A stretch of DNA of 64,000 bases from a phage. The stretch's first letter is position 1; each line of letters opens with the position of its first letter. Location of the stretch: sequence record PZ452582.1; one strand, written 5' to 3'. Made by a program: the position numbers and the translations under genes. Positions 29,508 to 40,073 of this stretch are shown piece by piece. The notes beneath the pieces are model-generated. The model searched no databases. It was given only the letters and a program-made list of their open reading frames with translations, and was not told the DNA's origin.

Positions 29508-31685
29508 ATGATTATCACCACTGAAAAAGAAACAATTCTTGGTAATGGTTCTAAATCAAAAGCATTTAGCATCACAGCATCTCCTAAAGTATTTAAAATT
29601 CTGTCATCTGATTTGTATACAAACAAAATTCGCGCAGTAGTCCGTGAATTGATTACCAACATGATTGATGCCCATGCTCTCAATGGAAATCCTGAAAAAT
29701 TTATCATCCAAGTTCCTGGACGTTTAGATCCACGATTTGTTTGCCGAGATTTTGGTCCCGGTATGAGTGATTTTGATATTCAGGGTGATGATAATTCTCC
29801 TGGTTTGTATAATTCATACTTCAGTTCATCTAAGGCTGAATCTAACGATTTCATTGGCGGATTTGGTTTAGGTTCTAAATCTCCGTTTAGTTATACTGAT
29901 ACGTTTAGTATTACTTCATACCATAAAGGTGAAATTCGTGGTTATGTAGCTTACATGGATGGTGATGGCCCACAGATTAAACCTACATTCGTAAAAGAAA
30001 TGGGTCCAGATGATAAAACTGGTATTGAAATCGTAGTTCCAGTTGAAGAAAAAGACTTTAGAAACTTTGCTTATGAAGTTTCTTATATCATGCGACCATT
30101 CAAAGATTTGGCTATCATTAATGGTCTTGACCGCGAAATTGATTATTTTCCGGATTTTGATGATTATTACGGTGTAAATCCAGAAAGATACTGGCCAGAT
30201 CGTGGTGGATTATATGCTATCTACGGCGGTATCGTTTATCCTATCGATGGTGTTATTAGAGACCGTAACTGGCTAAGCATTCGCAATGAAGTGAATTACA
30301 TTAAGTTTCCAATGGGTTCACTGGATATTGCTCCATCTCGCGAGGCTCTTTCACTTGATGATCGTACTCGTAAAAATATTATTGAACGAGTTAAAGAACT
30401 CAGTGAGAAAGCATTTAATGAAGATGTAAAACGATTTAAAGAATCTACATCTCCTCGTCATACATATCGTGAATTGATGAAGATGGGGTATTCTGCTCGA
30501 GATTATATGATTAGTAATTCAGTCAAATTCACGACTAAAAATCTGTCATATAAGAAAATGCAGAGCATGTTTGAACCTGACAGTAAGCTATGCAATGCAG
30601 GGGTTGTGTATGAAGTAAATCTTGACCCTCGACTGAAGCGTATTAAGCAAAGTCATGAAACTTCAGCCGTTGCATCAAGTTATCGTCTGTTTGGTATTAA
30701 TACAACAAAAATTAATATCGTTATTGATAATATTAAAAATCGTGTTAATATTGTCCGTGGATTAGCACATGCGTTAGATGATAGTGAATTTAATAACACT
30801 TTAAATATTCATCACAATGAGCGTCTTCTGTTTATTAATCCGGAAGTAGAATCGCAGATTGATTTACTCCCTGATATTATGGCGATGTTTGAAAGTGATG
30901 AAGTTAACATTCACTATTTGTCAGAAATTGAAGCTTTAGTAAAAAGTTATATTCCAAAGGTAGTTAAAAGTAAAGCTCCTCGTCCTAAAGCTGCTACAGC
31001 ATTTAAGTTTGAAATTAAAGACGGGCGCTGGGAAAAAGAGGAATTATTTACGCTCACATCAGAAGCAGATGAAATTACTGGTTATGTAGCGTATATGCAT
31101 CGTTCTGATATTTTCTCTATGGATGGTACTACATCGCTTTGTCATCCATCTATGAATATTTTGATTCGTATGGCTAATCTTATTGGCATTAATGAATTTT
31201 ATGTTATTCGTCCGCTTTTGCAGAAAAAGGTAAAAGAACTCGGTCAGTGCCAATGTATTTTTGAAGCTTTGCGTGATTTATATGTAGATGCTTTTGATGA
31301 TGTAGATTATGATAAGTACGTAGGTTATTCAAGTTCAGCTCAACGATATATTGATAAAATTATCAAGCATCCTGAACTAGATTTTATGATGAAGTACTTC
31401 AGTACAGATGAAGTTTCTGAAGAATATACACGACTCGCTAATATAGTTAGTTCATTGCGGGGCGTATATTTCAACGGTGGAAAAGGTACCATCGGTCATG
31501 ACATCTGGACAGTAACTAATCTTTTTGATGTATTATCAAATAATGCTTCAAAAAACAGCGATAAAATGGTTGCTGAGTTTACCAAGAAATTCCGTATTGT
31601 TTCCGACTTCATCGGTTATCGCAACTCTTTAAGTGATGATGAAGTTTCTCAAATCGCTAAAACTATGAAGGCCCTTGCGGCCTAA
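29508..31685 (+). CDS. rIIA: rIIA membrane-associated protein
   Basis: 725 aa, same as T4 rIIA; N-terminal GHKL-like ATPase region. Confidence 0.92.
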   Translation: MIITTEKETILGNGSKSKAFSITASPKVFKILSSDLYTNKIRAVVRELITNMIDAHALNGNPEKFIIQVPGRLDPRFVCRDFGPGMSDFDIQGDDNSPGLYNSYFSSSKAESNDFIGGFGLGSKSPFSYTDTFSITSYHKGEIRGYVAYMDGDGPQIKPTFVKEMGPDDKTGIEIVVPVEEKDFRNFAYEVSYIMRPFKDLAIINGLDREIDYFPDFDDYYGVNPERYWPDRGGLYAIYGGIVYPIDGVIRDRNWLSIRNEVNYIKFPMGSLDIAPSREALSLDDRTRKNIIERVKELSEKAFNEDVKRFKESTSPRHTYRELMKMGYSARDYMISNSVKFTTKNLSYKKMQSMFEPDSKLCNAGVVYEVNLDPRLKRIKQSHETSAVASSYRLFGINTTKINIVIDNIKNRVNIVRGLAHALDDSEFNNTLNIHHNERLLFINPEVESQIDLLPDIMAMFESDEVNIHYLSEIEALVKSYIPKVVKSKAPRPKAATAFKFEIKDGRWEKEELFTLTSEADEITGYVAYMHRSDIFSMDGTTSLCHPSMNILIRMANLIGINEFYVIRPLLQKKVKELGQCQCIFEALRDLYVDAFDDVDYDKYVGYSSSAQRYIDKIIKHPELDFMMKYFSTDEVSEEYTRLANIVSSLRGVYFNGGKGTIGHDIWTVTNLFDVLSNNASKNSDKMVAEFTKKFRIVSDFIGYRNSLSDDEVSQIAKTMKALAA

Positions 31686-31696
31686 TAAGGAAAATT

Positions 31697-32635
31697 ATGT
31701 ACAATATTAAATGCCTGACCAAAAACGAACAAGCTGAAATTGTTAAACTGTATTCAAGCGGTAATTACACCCAACAGGAATTGGCTTATTGGAAGGATGT
31801 ATCGGTTGACACAATCCGTCGTGTTTTGAAAAATGCTGAAGAAGCTAAACGCCCTAAAGTTACTATTAGCGGTGATATTACAGTTAAAGTTAATAGCGAT
31901 GCAGTTATTGCTCCAGTTGCTAAATCTGACATTATTTGGAATGCATCTAAAAAATTCATTTCAATTACTGTTGATGGTGTAACTTATAACGCAACTCCTA
32001 ATACTCATTCAAACTTCCAGGAAATTCTTAATCTGCTTGTTGCAGATAAATTGGAAGAAGCGGCGCAAAAAATTAATGTTCGTCGCGCTGTTGAAAAATA
32101 TATTTCCGGTGATGTTCGAATTGAAGGTGGAAGCTTGTTCTATCAAAATATTGAATTGCGGTCTGGTTTAGTTGATCGTATTCTCGATTCGATGGAAAAA
32201 GGTGAAAACTTTGAATTTTATTTTCCGTTCTTGGAAAATCTGCTGGAAAACCCGAGCCAAAAAGCGGTATCTCGACTCTTTGATTTCTTGGTAGCAAACG
32301 ATATTGAAATTACAGAAGATGGCTACTTCTATGCTTGGAAAGTAGTTCGTAGTAATTACTTTGACTGCCATTCAAATACTTTTGATAACAGTCCCGGTAA
32401 AGTAGTTAAAATGCCACGTACTCGTGTGAATGACGATGATACACAAACTTGTTCTCGTGGTCTGCATGTGTGTTCTAAATCTTATATTCGTCACTTTGGT
32501 AGTTCAACCAGCCGAGTTGTAAAAGTTAAAGTACATCCTCGCGATGTAGTATCAATTCCGATTGATTACAACGATGCTAAAATGCGTACCTGCCAATACG
32601 AAGTAGTTGAAGACGTTACTGAACAATTTAAATAA
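31697..32635 (+). CDS. rIIB: rIIB protein
   Basis: 312 aa, same as T4 rIIB; directly follows rIIA. Confidence 0.9.
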   Translation: MYNIKCLTKNEQAEIVKLYSSGNYTQQELAYWKDVSVDTIRRVLKNAEEAKRPKVTISGDITVKVNSDAVIAPVAKSDIIWNASKKFISITVDGVTYNATPNTHSNFQEILNLLVADKLEEAAQKINVRRAVEKYISGDVRIEGGSLFYQNIELRSGLVDRILDSMEKGENFEFYFPFLENLLENPSQKAVSRLFDFLVANDIEITEDGYFYAWKVVRSNYFDCHSNTFDNSPGKVVKMPRTRVNDDDTQTCSRGLHVCSKSYIRHFGSSTSRVVKVKVHPRDVVSIPIDYNDAKMRTCQYEVVEDVTEQFK

Positions 32636-32663
32636 GGGCTTCGACCCTTAACTAAGGAAAATT

Positions 32664-32858
32664 ATGTTAGGTTATCAAGCACGAGTAAAAGAAGAATACG
32701 ATCAATTAATGCTCAAAATTAATGCACTGAGCAAATTTTTAGAAAGTACAAAGTTTCTAACGATTAATGAAGTTGAGCAAGAATTACTGCTTTCACAGTT
32801 CATCTCAATGAAATCTTACGCAGATTGTTTAGAAAAAAGAATTGCACAATTCAAATAA
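32664..32858 (+). CDS. Hypothetical protein
   Basis: 64-aa ORF flanked by hairpins. Confidence 0.45.
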   Translation: MLGYQARVKEEYDQLMLKINALSKFLESTKFLTINEVEQELLLSQFISMKSYADCLEKRIAQFK

Positions 32859-32862
32859 AATA

Positions 32863-32880
32863 AGGGGCTTCGGCCCTTTT
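32863..32880 (+). terminator. Terminator-like hairpin (GGGC-TTCG-GCCC, T4)
   Basis: Short GC stem with TTCG loop followed by TTTT. Confidence 0.45.
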
Positions 32881-32896
32881 GTTTTAAGGAAAAATT

Positions 32897-33226
32897 ATGA
32901 TTTATTGTATGAATATCGGTGATTCCGACATAAAAGAGATTAAACTGCACGGAAACCATCACGCTAATATTGTGTACTGTAATAAATTTGAGTTTGGTCA
33001 CGAAAAACTTGGGTTTCTTTACTGTAATGATGTTATAGTCATGGATAAAAAGGAGCTCGATGAACTTGACCGCGAGTCTTTAGATGAAAATGACCGAATT
33101 TATTACGGCACTCTTAAAGTATATAACGCTTATCTCAGTGGTAAAAAGGAAAGTCTAAATGCAGAAAACGAATCCGGGTTTACAGAGACTATTTCAGATT
33201 CCGACATTTACCCTATCGAACGGTGA
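32897..33226 (+). CDS. Hypothetical protein
   Basis: 109-aa ORF; 3' end overlaps the denB start by 68 nt. Confidence 0.45.
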   Translation: MIYCMNIGDSDIKEIKLHGNHHANIVYCNKFEFGHEKLGFLYCNDVIVMDKKELDELDRESLDENDRIYYGTLKVYNAYLSGKKESLNAENESGFTETISDSDIYPIER

Positions 33227-33716
33227 CTTGACTAGTGAAATGAAGGTCAAAATTGCTGATACAGCAAGATACTCTTTAAAACAAAACCCGAACCAGGATA
33301 AAGCAGAAGTTATTGAAAGATGTCGTATCGCTGTGTACGCAGAATTTTTTGTAGCAGATTGGTTAAGCGGGTATGTTAATAAAGGCCAAGAGGATGTTAA
33401 TGACCCGTATACATACGCATGGGATGTATTGGCGCATCCAAGATACTGCGGGCTTCGTGTAGAAGTTAAGACACACCAAACTGACTCACGTTGGATTTCT
33501 GTAACAACAGGATGCAGCGGAGAGTATCCATACGGTTCTGGAATAAATCTAGGGCCCATTCTAAATCATCAAGTCGCTGACTGTATAATTATATTCAACA
33601 CTAAAGAAATTCATCCAGGTGTCATCCAGTACACTCCGAAGTTCATCGGTGACAGAGAAGACCTTCGTAAGGTTGTAAGAAAAAGCAACTACAACGGATG
33701 GTATCTTTCCATTTAA
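33159..33716 (+). CDS. denB: DenB endonuclease IV
   Basis: 185 aa, same as T4 DenB; position after rIIB; start could instead be ATG 33240. Confidence 0.7.
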   Translation: MQKTNPGLQRLFQIPTFTLSNGDLTSEMKVKIADTARYSLKQNPNQDKAEVIERCRIAVYAEFFVADWLSGYVNKGQEDVNDPYTYAWDVLAHPRYCGLRVEVKTHQTDSRWISVTTGCSGEYPYGSGINLGPILNHQVADCIIIFNTKEIHPGVIQYTPKFIGDREDLRKVVRKSNYNGWYLSI

Positions 33717-33733
33717 AAAATTTTCACAAAACG

Positions 33734-33773
33734 GTTTACATACCACAAGGACTGTGGTACTATACAACTATCG
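33734..33773 (+). promoter_or_regulatory. T4-type early promoter
   Basis: GTTTAC at 33734-33739, TACTAT at 33768-33773; same cassette as at 4972, 37548, 54582. Confidence 0.55.
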
Positions 33774-33790
33774 GCTACGGAGGAGTAAAA

Positions 33791-34054
33791 ATGAAATTTA
33801 AATTTTATTACGCTAAACATAAAATAACTGATGAGTTTGTGTCAGTTGAATATTCTAGCGATGATGAAGGCATGATTTATACTCGCTTGGGACTATCGCA
33901 TTGGGAGTCTGATACGCCTTATTTTTCAACTCCCGAAGAAATTACACGCTTAGTTAATGGTCATATGAATGACCACTGGTGTGTAATTCTTTCAGATAGT
34001 CTTAAAGCGGCTATTAATAGTAATGAAATGAAAATCGCTGAGATTGAACTATGA
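33791..34054 (+). CDS. Hypothetical protein (87 aa)
   Basis: ATG 33791 after GGAGGAG RBS; track ORF start 33698 lies inside the promoter. Confidence 0.45.
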   Translation: MKFKFYYAKHKITDEFVSVEYSSDDEGMIYTRLGLSHWESDTPYFSTPEEITRLVNGHMNDHWCVILSDSLKAAINSNEMKIAEIEL

Positions 34055-34239
34055 GTTCATTGTGGTGGTGTTTTGTTTGGTTAATTAGTATTCCATTAAT
34101 TTGTTTAACATTTACTTTTGTAATGAGGTTATTATGAAAATTTTGAATTCTGTACTTATTGCTTGTGCATGGTGGGTTGCGCAAGTTTCAGCGGTAGTAG
34201 TTGGTATTCACATTTATTACGAATATTTTTAAAAAAGTT

Positions 34240-34269
34240 GTTTACAAGACTGTTCCTCTGTGGTATTAT
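34240..34269 (+). promoter_or_regulatory. T4-type early promoter
   Basis: GTTTAC at 34240-34245, TATTAT at 34264-34269. Confidence 0.5.
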
Positions 34270-34297
34270 TACCCTATCAACTACGGAGGAACAGAAA

Positions 34298-34411
34298 ATG
34301 AAAAAGATTGTTAAAGCTATATGGAATGTAGTTATAATATTAGTAGTTTTGAGTATATTCCCAATCGTTTTAATGATTGATGTATTAAACGCTTACTTTG
34401 GATTTATGTGA
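34298..34411 (+). CDS. Tiny membrane protein (37 aa)
   Basis: GGAGGA RBS; single TM helix VVIILVVLSIFPIVLMI. Confidence 0.4.
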   Translation: MKKIVKAIWNVVIILVVLSIFPIVLMIDVLNAYFGFM

Positions 34412-34418
34412 GGAAAAT

Positions 34419-34616
34419 ATGAAGCGTAAACGCGGTGCTTTTACATTTATTGAATGGTTTTTCGATAATATTTTTCCGGCTTTATTCATTTTCATGCTGA
34501 TTTTCGCCTTAGGTTCAGCTGTAGTTGGAATTTATTTGATGGCGGTTGTCGGAATGGACATTCATCAAAATGGCTTAAAATCTGTGGTTGAAACAATTTG
34601 GAATGGTGTAAAATAA
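34419..34616 (+). CDS. Small membrane protein (65 aa)
   Basis: GAGGAAAA RBS; two hydrophobic segments. Confidence 0.45.
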   Translation: MKRKRGAFTFIEWFFDNIFPALFIFMLIFALGSAVVGIYLMAVVGMDIHQNGLKSVVETIWNGVK

Positions 34617-34723
34617 TGAATTTACTAAGCATTTGGTTTTATATTCTCATGTTTTACGTTGGTGCAAATTTTCCGTATTGGATGGGATGGTCAACAACTG
34701 CATTTGGATTTTATACTCCCTGA
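34616..34723 (+). CDS. Tiny membrane protein (35 aa)
   Basis: TAATG coupling to the preceding ORF; hydrophobic. Confidence 0.35.
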   Translation: MNLLSIWFYILMFYVGANFPYWMGWSTTAFGFYTP

Positions 34724-34731
34724 GGTGAATT

Positions 34732-34947
34732 ATGAAAATTTTTAAAGATGTAAAAGTTGGCGAAATTTTTTGCTTGGATAGTGGTGATCAGTTAATTCGT
34801 ATTTCACCTCTTAAGAGCACTAGCGAGAAAATGACAGTTAACGCTACTTTAGTAAACAACAGTAATGAACGTTTCTGTATTGAAAATGATACTGAAACTT
34901 ATACTGTAGAAGAGTTCTGGGAATTGAGCGTCGACTGCGACGATTAA
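34732..34947 (+). CDS. Hypothetical protein
   Basis: 71-aa ORF with GAGGTG RBS. Confidence 0.45.
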   Translation: MKIFKDVKVGEIFCLDSGDQLIRISPLKSTSEKMTVNATLVNNSNERFCIENDTETYTVEEFWELSVDCDD

Positions 34948-35006
34948 TTTATCGGCCGTGTGTATTCATGCGGCCTTGGAGTAGAAAATAATTAGAGGAA
35001 ATTAAT

Positions 35007-35462
35007 ATGAAATACATGACTGTTACTGATCTGAATAATGCAGGTGCTACTGTTATTGGTACAATCAAGGGCGGTGAATGGTTTTTGGGAACTCCACACA
35101 AAGATATTTTATCTAAACCTGGATTTTACTTTTTAGTGAGTAAACTCGATGGTCCATTTGATAGTCCATGCGTATCTGCACGATTTTATGTAGGTAATCA
35201 GCGTTCTAAGCAAGGGTTCAGTGCAGTTCTAAGTCATATTCGTCAACGTCGGTCTCAGCTTGCGCGTACTATTGCAAATAACAATGTTCCATACACGGTA
35301 TTTTATTTGCCTGCTTCTAAGATGAAACCTTTGACGACAGGATTTGGAAAAGGTCAGTTAGCTTTAGCGTTTACTCGTAATCATCATTCTGAGTATCAAA
35401 CACTTGAAGAAATGAACCGTATGTTGGCTGATAACTTTAAATTTGTTTTGCAGGCATACTAA
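35007..35462 (+). CDS. ndd: Ndd nucleoid disruption protein
   Basis: 151 aa, same as T4 Ndd; sequence recognised. Confidence 0.88.
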   Translation: MKYMTVTDLNNAGATVIGTIKGGEWFLGTPHKDILSKPGFYFLVSKLDGPFDSPCVSARFYVGNQRSKQGFSAVLSHIRQRRSQLARTIANNNVPYTVFYLPASKMKPLTTGFGKGQLALAFTRNHHSEYQTLEEMNRMLADNFKFVLQAY

Positions 35463-35635
35463 TGAAAGCTCTATTTGTAATGGGTTACCTATTAGTTTTA
35501 GCCTTATTCACATTGACTGGAATCTTTACAGCTTTAGGTCTACCTCTTAATGATAATGTGGCTGTCGTGATGTGTGTAGGTGGCGGATTTATCTGTTTTG
35601 AACGTTTATGCAAAATGTGTGGTGTGTATGAGTAA
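35462..35635 (+). CDS. Small membrane protein (57 aa; ndd.x-like)
   Basis: TAATG coupling to ndd; hydrophobic; Cys-rich end. Confidence 0.4.
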
Positions 35636-35715
35636 TTTCCATAACGAACATGTGATGCAGTTCTATCGTAACAATCTTAAAACCAAAGGCGTCTTCGGAC
35701 GCCAGTGAGGAAAAT

Positions 35716-35874
35716 ATGAATATCGCAAAATTATTAGGAGTTATTTCATTTATTTGTTGGATAGTAGCATGTGTTTTAACTATCTGTATCGATGCTAGCA
35801 GTGTGTTTTCACAAGCTTTAGCCCAGGGTATGTGTGCATATTTAACATTTGTGTTGTTATCTACTAATGATTAA
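35716..35874 (+). CDS. Small membrane protein (52 aa)
   Basis: GAGGAAAA RBS after a GC hairpin; hydrophobic. Confidence 0.4.
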   Translation: MNIAKLLGVISFICWIVACVLTICIDASSVFSQALAQGMCAYLTFVLLSTND

Positions 35875-36007
35875 GAAAATCTTGGGCTATTCATTAGCCC
35901 TTGCTACTTTATTGGTAGCACTATATTATGGAGTAATGTTCGGATTAATTCAAGTCGTGCTTTTCATTTCTGATGTTATTATGGCACTACATTCACTAGT
36001 ATGGTAA
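35867..36007 (+). CDS. Small membrane protein (46 aa)
   Basis: Overlaps previous ORF by 8 nt; hydrophobic. Confidence 0.35.
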   Translation: MIKKILGYSLALATLLVALYYGVMFGLIQVVLFISDVIMALHSLVW

Positions 36008-36011
36008 ATTT

Positions 36012-37340
36012 ATGCAACTGAATAATCGCGATTTAAAAAGTATCATTGATAATGAAGCATTGGCTTATGCTATGTACACGGTTGAAAATCGTGCTATTCC
36101 AAATATGATTGATGGATTTAAGCCAGTTCAACGATTTGTTATTGCTCGAGCTCTTGATTTGGCACGAGGAAATAAAGATAAGTTTCACAAACTCGCTTCT
36201 ATTGCAGGTGGTGTAGCGGACCTTGGATATCACCATGGTGAAAACTCTGCACAAGATGCGGGGGCTTTGATGGCTAACACTTGGAATAATAACTTTCCTT
36301 TGTTAGATGGTCAAGGAAACTTTGGTTCTCGTACCGTTCAAAAAGCAGCAGCAAGTCGTTATATTTTTGCTCGTGTAAGTAAAAATTTCTATAACGTATA
36401 TAAAGATACTGAATATGCTCCGGTACATCAAGATAAAGAACACATTCCGCCTGCTTTCTATTTGCCTATTATTCCTACTGTTCTTCTTAATGGCGTTTCC
36501 GGTATTGCAACTGGTTATGCAACTTACATTCTTCCTCATAGTGTTTCTTCTGTCAAGAAAGCTGTACTGCAAGCTCTTCAAGGAAAGAAAGTAACTAAAC
36601 CGAAGGTAGAATTCCCAGAATTTCGTGGTGAAGTCGTTGAGATTGACGGTCAATATGAAATTCGTGGAACGTACAAGTTTACTTCACGAACTCAAATGAA
36701 TATCACTGAGATTCCGTATAAGTATGATCGTGAAACTTATGTGAGTAAAATCTTAGACCCACTTGAAGATAAAGGCTTCATTACATGGGATGATGCTTGT
36801 GGTGAGCATGGCTTTGGCTTCAAAGTTAAATTCCGTAAAGAATATTCTTTGAGCGATAACGAAGAAGAACGCCATGCAAAAATTATGAAAGACTTCGGGT
36901 TGATTGAGCGTCGTTCTCAGAATATTACGGTTATTAATGAAAAAGGAAAACTACAAGTTTACGATAACGTAGTCGATTTAATTAAAGACTTTGTTGAAGT
37001 TCGTAAAACTTATGTCCAAAAACGAATTGATAATAAAATTAAAGAAACTGAGTCAGCTTTTCGTTTAGCCTTTGCCAAGGCGCATTTCATTAAGAAAGTA
37101 ATTTCAGGTGAAATTGTTGTTCAAGGTAAAACTCGTAAAGAACTGACCGAAGAACTTTCGAAAATTGAGATGTATTCTTCTTATGTTGATAAACTAGTCG
37201 GAATGAATATTTTTCATATGACTTCCGACGAAGCAAAGAAACTTGCTGAAGAAGCTAAAGCTAAGAAAGAAGAAAACGAATATTGGAAAACTACTGATGT
37301 AGTTACAGAATACACCAAAGATTTAGAGGAAATCAAATGA
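36012..37340 (+). CDS. 52: Topoisomerase II medium subunit gp52 (GyrA-like)
   Basis: 442 aa, same as T4 gp52; sequence recognised. Confidence 0.92.
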   Translation: MQLNNRDLKSIIDNEALAYAMYTVENRAIPNMIDGFKPVQRFVIARALDLARGNKDKFHKLASIAGGVADLGYHHGENSAQDAGALMANTWNNNFPLLDGQGNFGSRTVQKAAASRYIFARVSKNFYNVYKDTEYAPVHQDKEHIPPAFYLPIIPTVLLNGVSGIATGYATYILPHSVSSVKKAVLQALQGKKVTKPKVEFPEFRGEVVEIDGQYEIRGTYKFTSRTQMNITEIPYKYDRETYVSKILDPLEDKGFITWDDACGEHGFGFKVKFRKEYSLSDNEEERHAKIMKDFGLIERRSQNITVINEKGKLQVYDNVVDLIKDFVEVRKTYVQKRIDNKIKETESAFRLAFAKAHFIKKVISGEIVVQGKTRKELTEELSKIEMYSSYVDKLVGMNIFHMTSDEAKKLAEEAKAKKEENEYWKTTDVVTEYTKDLEEIK

Positions 37341-37486
37341 GTCCATTCATAGGTATTACAAGCGCTGCATTAGTATCCGGTAGCATTTTACTGGCGGGTT
37401 TAGGTGTTGTTCCAGCCGTAGCAGGAGGTCTTCTTGCGTTCGGAATTCAACGTGTTATCATGACAGTTATCACAGTCATGCAGTAA
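37337..37486 (+). CDS. Small membrane protein (49 aa; possibly Ac)
   Basis: ATGA overlap with gene 52 stop; Gly/Ala-rich hydrophobic peptide. Confidence 0.4.
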   Translation: MSPFIGITSAALVSGSILLAGLGVVPAVAGGLLAFGIQRVIMTVITVMQ

Positions 37487-37491
37487 TTTTA

Positions 37492-37518
37492 GGGAGAGCC
37501 TCGGCTCTCCCTTTTTTA
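37492..37518 (+). terminator. Rho-independent terminator (GGGAGAGC-CTCG-GCTCTCCC, T6)
   Basis: 8-bp stem followed by TTTTTT, then a 14-nt A run. Confidence 0.75.
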
Positions 37519-37547
37519 TTTCAAAAAAAAAAAAAATTCACAAAACG

Positions 37548-37577
37548 GTTTACAACCAAAGCATACTGTGGTACTAT
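37548..37577 (+). promoter_or_regulatory. T4-type early promoter
   Basis: GTTTAC at 37548-37553, TACTAT at 37572-37577, upstream of motA. Confidence 0.55.
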
Positions 37578-37618
37578 ACAACTATCAACTGCTGATACAG
37601 AATTACGGAGATTAGAAA

Positions 37619-38254
37619 ATGTCTAAAGTAACTTACATCATCAAAGCTTCTAACGATGTTCTGAATGAAAAAACCGCTGCGATTTTAATTACTATTGCTA
37701 AGAAAGATTTCATTACAGCCGCAGAAGTTCGTGAGGTGCATCCAGATTTAGGTAACGCAGTAGTTAATAGTAATATTGGGGTATTGATTAAAAAAGGCCT
37801 GGTGGAGAAATCTGGTGATGGATTAATCATTACTGGTGAAGCTCAGGATATTATTTCAAACGCAGCAACTTTATATGCACAGGAAAATGCTCCGGAACTT
37901 CTGAAAAAACGTGCTACTCGTAAAGCTCGCGAGATTACTTCCGATATGGAAGAAGATAAAGATCTCATGTTAAAACTTTTAGATGAAAATGGATTTGTTC
38001 TTAAAAAGGTTGAAACTTATCGTAGTAATTATCTTGCTATTTTAGAAAAACGCACTCACGGAATTCGCAATTTTGAAATTAACAACAATGGAAACATGCG
38101 AATTTTTGGATACAAAATGATGGAACATCATATTCAGAAATTTACTGACATCGGAATGTCATGTAAAATCGCTAAAAACGGTAATGTGTATCTTGACATT
38201 AAACGCTCGGCAGAAAACATTGAAGCAGTAATCACTGTAGCATCTGAACTGTGA
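37619..38254 (+). CDS. motA: MotA middle-transcription activator
   Basis: 211 aa, same as T4 MotA; sequence recognised. Confidence 0.92.
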   Translation: MSKVTYIIKASNDVLNEKTAAILITIAKKDFITAAEVREVHPDLGNAVVNSNIGVLIKKGLVEKSGDGLIITGEAQDIISNAATLYAQENAPELLKKRATRKAREITSDMEEDKDLMLKLLDENGFVLKKVETYRSNYLAILEKRTHGIRNFEINNNGNMRIFGYKMMEHHIQKFTDIGMSCKIAKNGNVYLDIKRSAENIEAVITVASEL

Positions 38255-38264
38255 GGAATAAATA

Positions 38265-38594
38265 ATGAACAAGTTAGAAATTGTCAATGAACTTCGTCGT
38301 TGCGCAGAACCCACTCAAGAGGGGTGGGACATCTGGTATCATGGAGCTTATCTTGGAACTATTGTAAAGATTAAGACTGGTAAATACATGATTATTCGTG
38401 AAAGTAAAGATGCTCCAGTAGGTATTCGCAATAATTTCATGGCAGCGATAAGTTCCTTTACAGATGCAGCTTACGAAATTTACCTTGCCGATTATAAAGA
38501 ATTCCAGGAATCTCAACCGGTTATTCGTTCAATTGGTGTTAACAAAGCTCAGCAGAAAACTTTGTGGCAACGTATTAAAGGATGGTTTAAATGA
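38265..38594 (+). CDS. Hypothetical protein (arn.x-like)
   Basis: 109-aa ORF. Confidence 0.5.
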   Translation: MNKLEIVNELRRCAEPTQEGWDIWYHGAYLGTIVKIKTGKYMIIRESKDAPVGIRNNFMAAISSFTDAAYEIYLADYKEFQESQPVIRSIGVNKAQQKTLWQRIKGWFK

Positions 38595-39052
38595 ACCCAT
38601 TTATTAATCGTTTAAAAATGTTAAATGTTCCTTTATCTCGTGAAACTCCAGAAAGTCTTGTTGAAAAATTTAAAGCGCATGGTTATAAATGCACAGAAGA
38701 AGATATTCTGAAAGAAGTTCCTGAAATCTGTTGGCAGACTGCATATTGGGATAAAAACCAAAAGTATCAACGACGAATTGTCTGTGCAGCCAACCGTTTT
38801 AAATTAAAAGATGGACGAACTCTTATTATTCCAGGTGCTCGTCATTATTCTAAAGATATGGCAGAAGTTTTAGATGTAGTTAAACCTCAATTAGTTACTC
38901 AACAAGTTTGTGATGATGACCAAGGGTTTATTGACCAATATAGTAATTATTGGACACGTGAAGAAGCAATGATTATTGCAACTTACGCTGGACAAGTACG
39001 TATTGAACGTGGTGGTAGTGAAAAAGAACTTTACTCTGAGGACCTTTACTAA
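38591..39052 (+). CDS. Hypothetical protein (arn.x-like)
   Basis: 153-aa ORF, ATGA coupling. Confidence 0.5.
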   Translation: MNPFINRLKMLNVPLSRETPESLVEKFKAHGYKCTEEDILKEVPEICWQTAYWDKNQKYQRRIVCAANRFKLKDGRTLIIPGARHYSKDMAEVLDVVKPQLVTQQVCDDDQGFIDQYSNYWTREEAMIIATYAGQVRIERGGSEKELYSEDLY

Positions 39053-39348
39053 TGAATATTAAAAAGTTTCAAATTGATGGAATTATGAATCAAATCCAGG
39101 CACTAGAATATGCCAATAAAATGATGTCAACTAATTGGGGAATTTATACCAATGAGCCGGGATTTAAGTTCTGTGATATGGAATTCACCAAAAAGCTCGT
39201 AGGAAAAGATTATGTATGTCCATTTAGTTCTATAATAAATGACATGCTAAAACCTGCTTTACGCGATCTTTATATTGCGATGAACGAAGAAATGATAAAA
39301 GAATTAAAACGTCAACTGAAGGTGATTCAATTTGGCCAGGGAAATTAA
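39052..39348 (+). CDS. Hypothetical protein (arn.x-like)
   Basis: 98-aa ORF. Confidence 0.5.
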   Translation: MNIKKFQIDGIMNQIQALEYANKMMSTNWGIYTNEPGFKFCDMEFTKKLVGKDYVCPFSSIINDMLKPALRDLYIAMNEEMIKELKRQLKVIQFGQGN

Positions 39349-39550
39349 TTCAAAATCTGATTATTTTAATTCTCTCAATGATAAAGATAAAAATCTAATA
39401 CGGCATTTTATTGTTGAGATGGGATATACGGATACACACGATTTAAGAGAACATATATTTGAATGTGGTGTAGCTAAAAAGTTTTCATTCACATGCAAAT
39501 GTTTGAGAGAGGTAATTCAGCACTATGAACAATTTAGTCGCAAAACATAA
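39332..39550 (+). CDS. Hypothetical Cys-containing protein (arn.x-like)
   Basis: 72-aa ORF. Confidence 0.45.
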   Translation: MAREINSKSDYFNSLNDKDKNLIRHFIVEMGYTDTHDLREHIFECGVAKKFSFTCKCLREVIQHYEQFSRKT

Positions 39551-39633
39551 TTTTAATAAAGCTTCTGTTCATAAGGATAAGAAGAAAGCGTTTAAAGAAT
39601 CTAATCGCAAACAGAAACATAAGGGGAAGGTCT

Positions 39634-39912
39634 ATGATTATTGATTCTCAATCCGTGGTTCAATACACAATCAAAATTGATATTCTAGAAAAGCTATATA
39701 AGTTTCTACCAAACCTATACCATTCAATTGTTAATGAATTAGTTGAAGAACTACATCTTGAGAATAATGATTTCTTGATTGGAACTTATAAAGACCTCTC
39801 AAAAGCAGGATATTTCTACGTAATTCCAGCTCCAGGAAAAAGTATTGATGATGTATTAAAAACTATAATGATTTACGTCCATGATTATGAAATTGAAGAT
39901 TATTTCGAATGA
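39634..39912 (+). CDS. arn: Possible Arn (anti-restriction, McrBC inhibitor)
   Basis: 92 aa, same as T4 Arn; position between motA and asiA; sequence not independently recognised. Confidence 0.45.
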   Translation: MIIDSQSVVQYTIKIDILEKLYKFLPNLYHSIVNELVEELHLENNDFLIGTYKDLSKAGYFYVIPAPGKSIDDVLKTIMIYVHDYEIEDYFE

Positions 39913-40061
39913 GTCATAATCTTGAAAAAGTAATCGAGCATAATGTAGCTCAGGAACGTAAGTCGTTCAAGGAATTCGTAGAAAAAATTTTTGAAGAAAA
40001 TAACACAGACCAGTTTACAAATCAAGCGTCTGATGATATTATAACAAAGTCAACTAATTGA
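39909..40061 (+). CDS. Hypothetical acidic small protein (50 aa)
   Basis: ATGA overlap with previous stop. Confidence 0.3.
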   Translation: MSHNLEKVIEHNVAQERKSFKEFVEKIFEENNTDQFTNQASDDIITKSTN

Positions 40062-40073
40062 GTGGTATAGTTA

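Noticed and set aside
34951-34975. Hairpin GGCCG...CGGCC after the 34732 ORF as a terminator
   Set aside because: 11-nt loop and no following T-run; weak, possibly only local RNA structure
35628-35708. 26-aa [29 protein letters not shown]
   Set aside because: It overlaps the previous ORF end and its 3' part is a GC hairpin (GGCGTC-TTCG-GACGCC); more likely an intercistronic structure than a gene
37521-37535. 14-nt poly-A run
   Set aside because: It sits in the A-rich spacer between terminator and early promoter; no evidence of function beyond promoter UP-element-like A-tract
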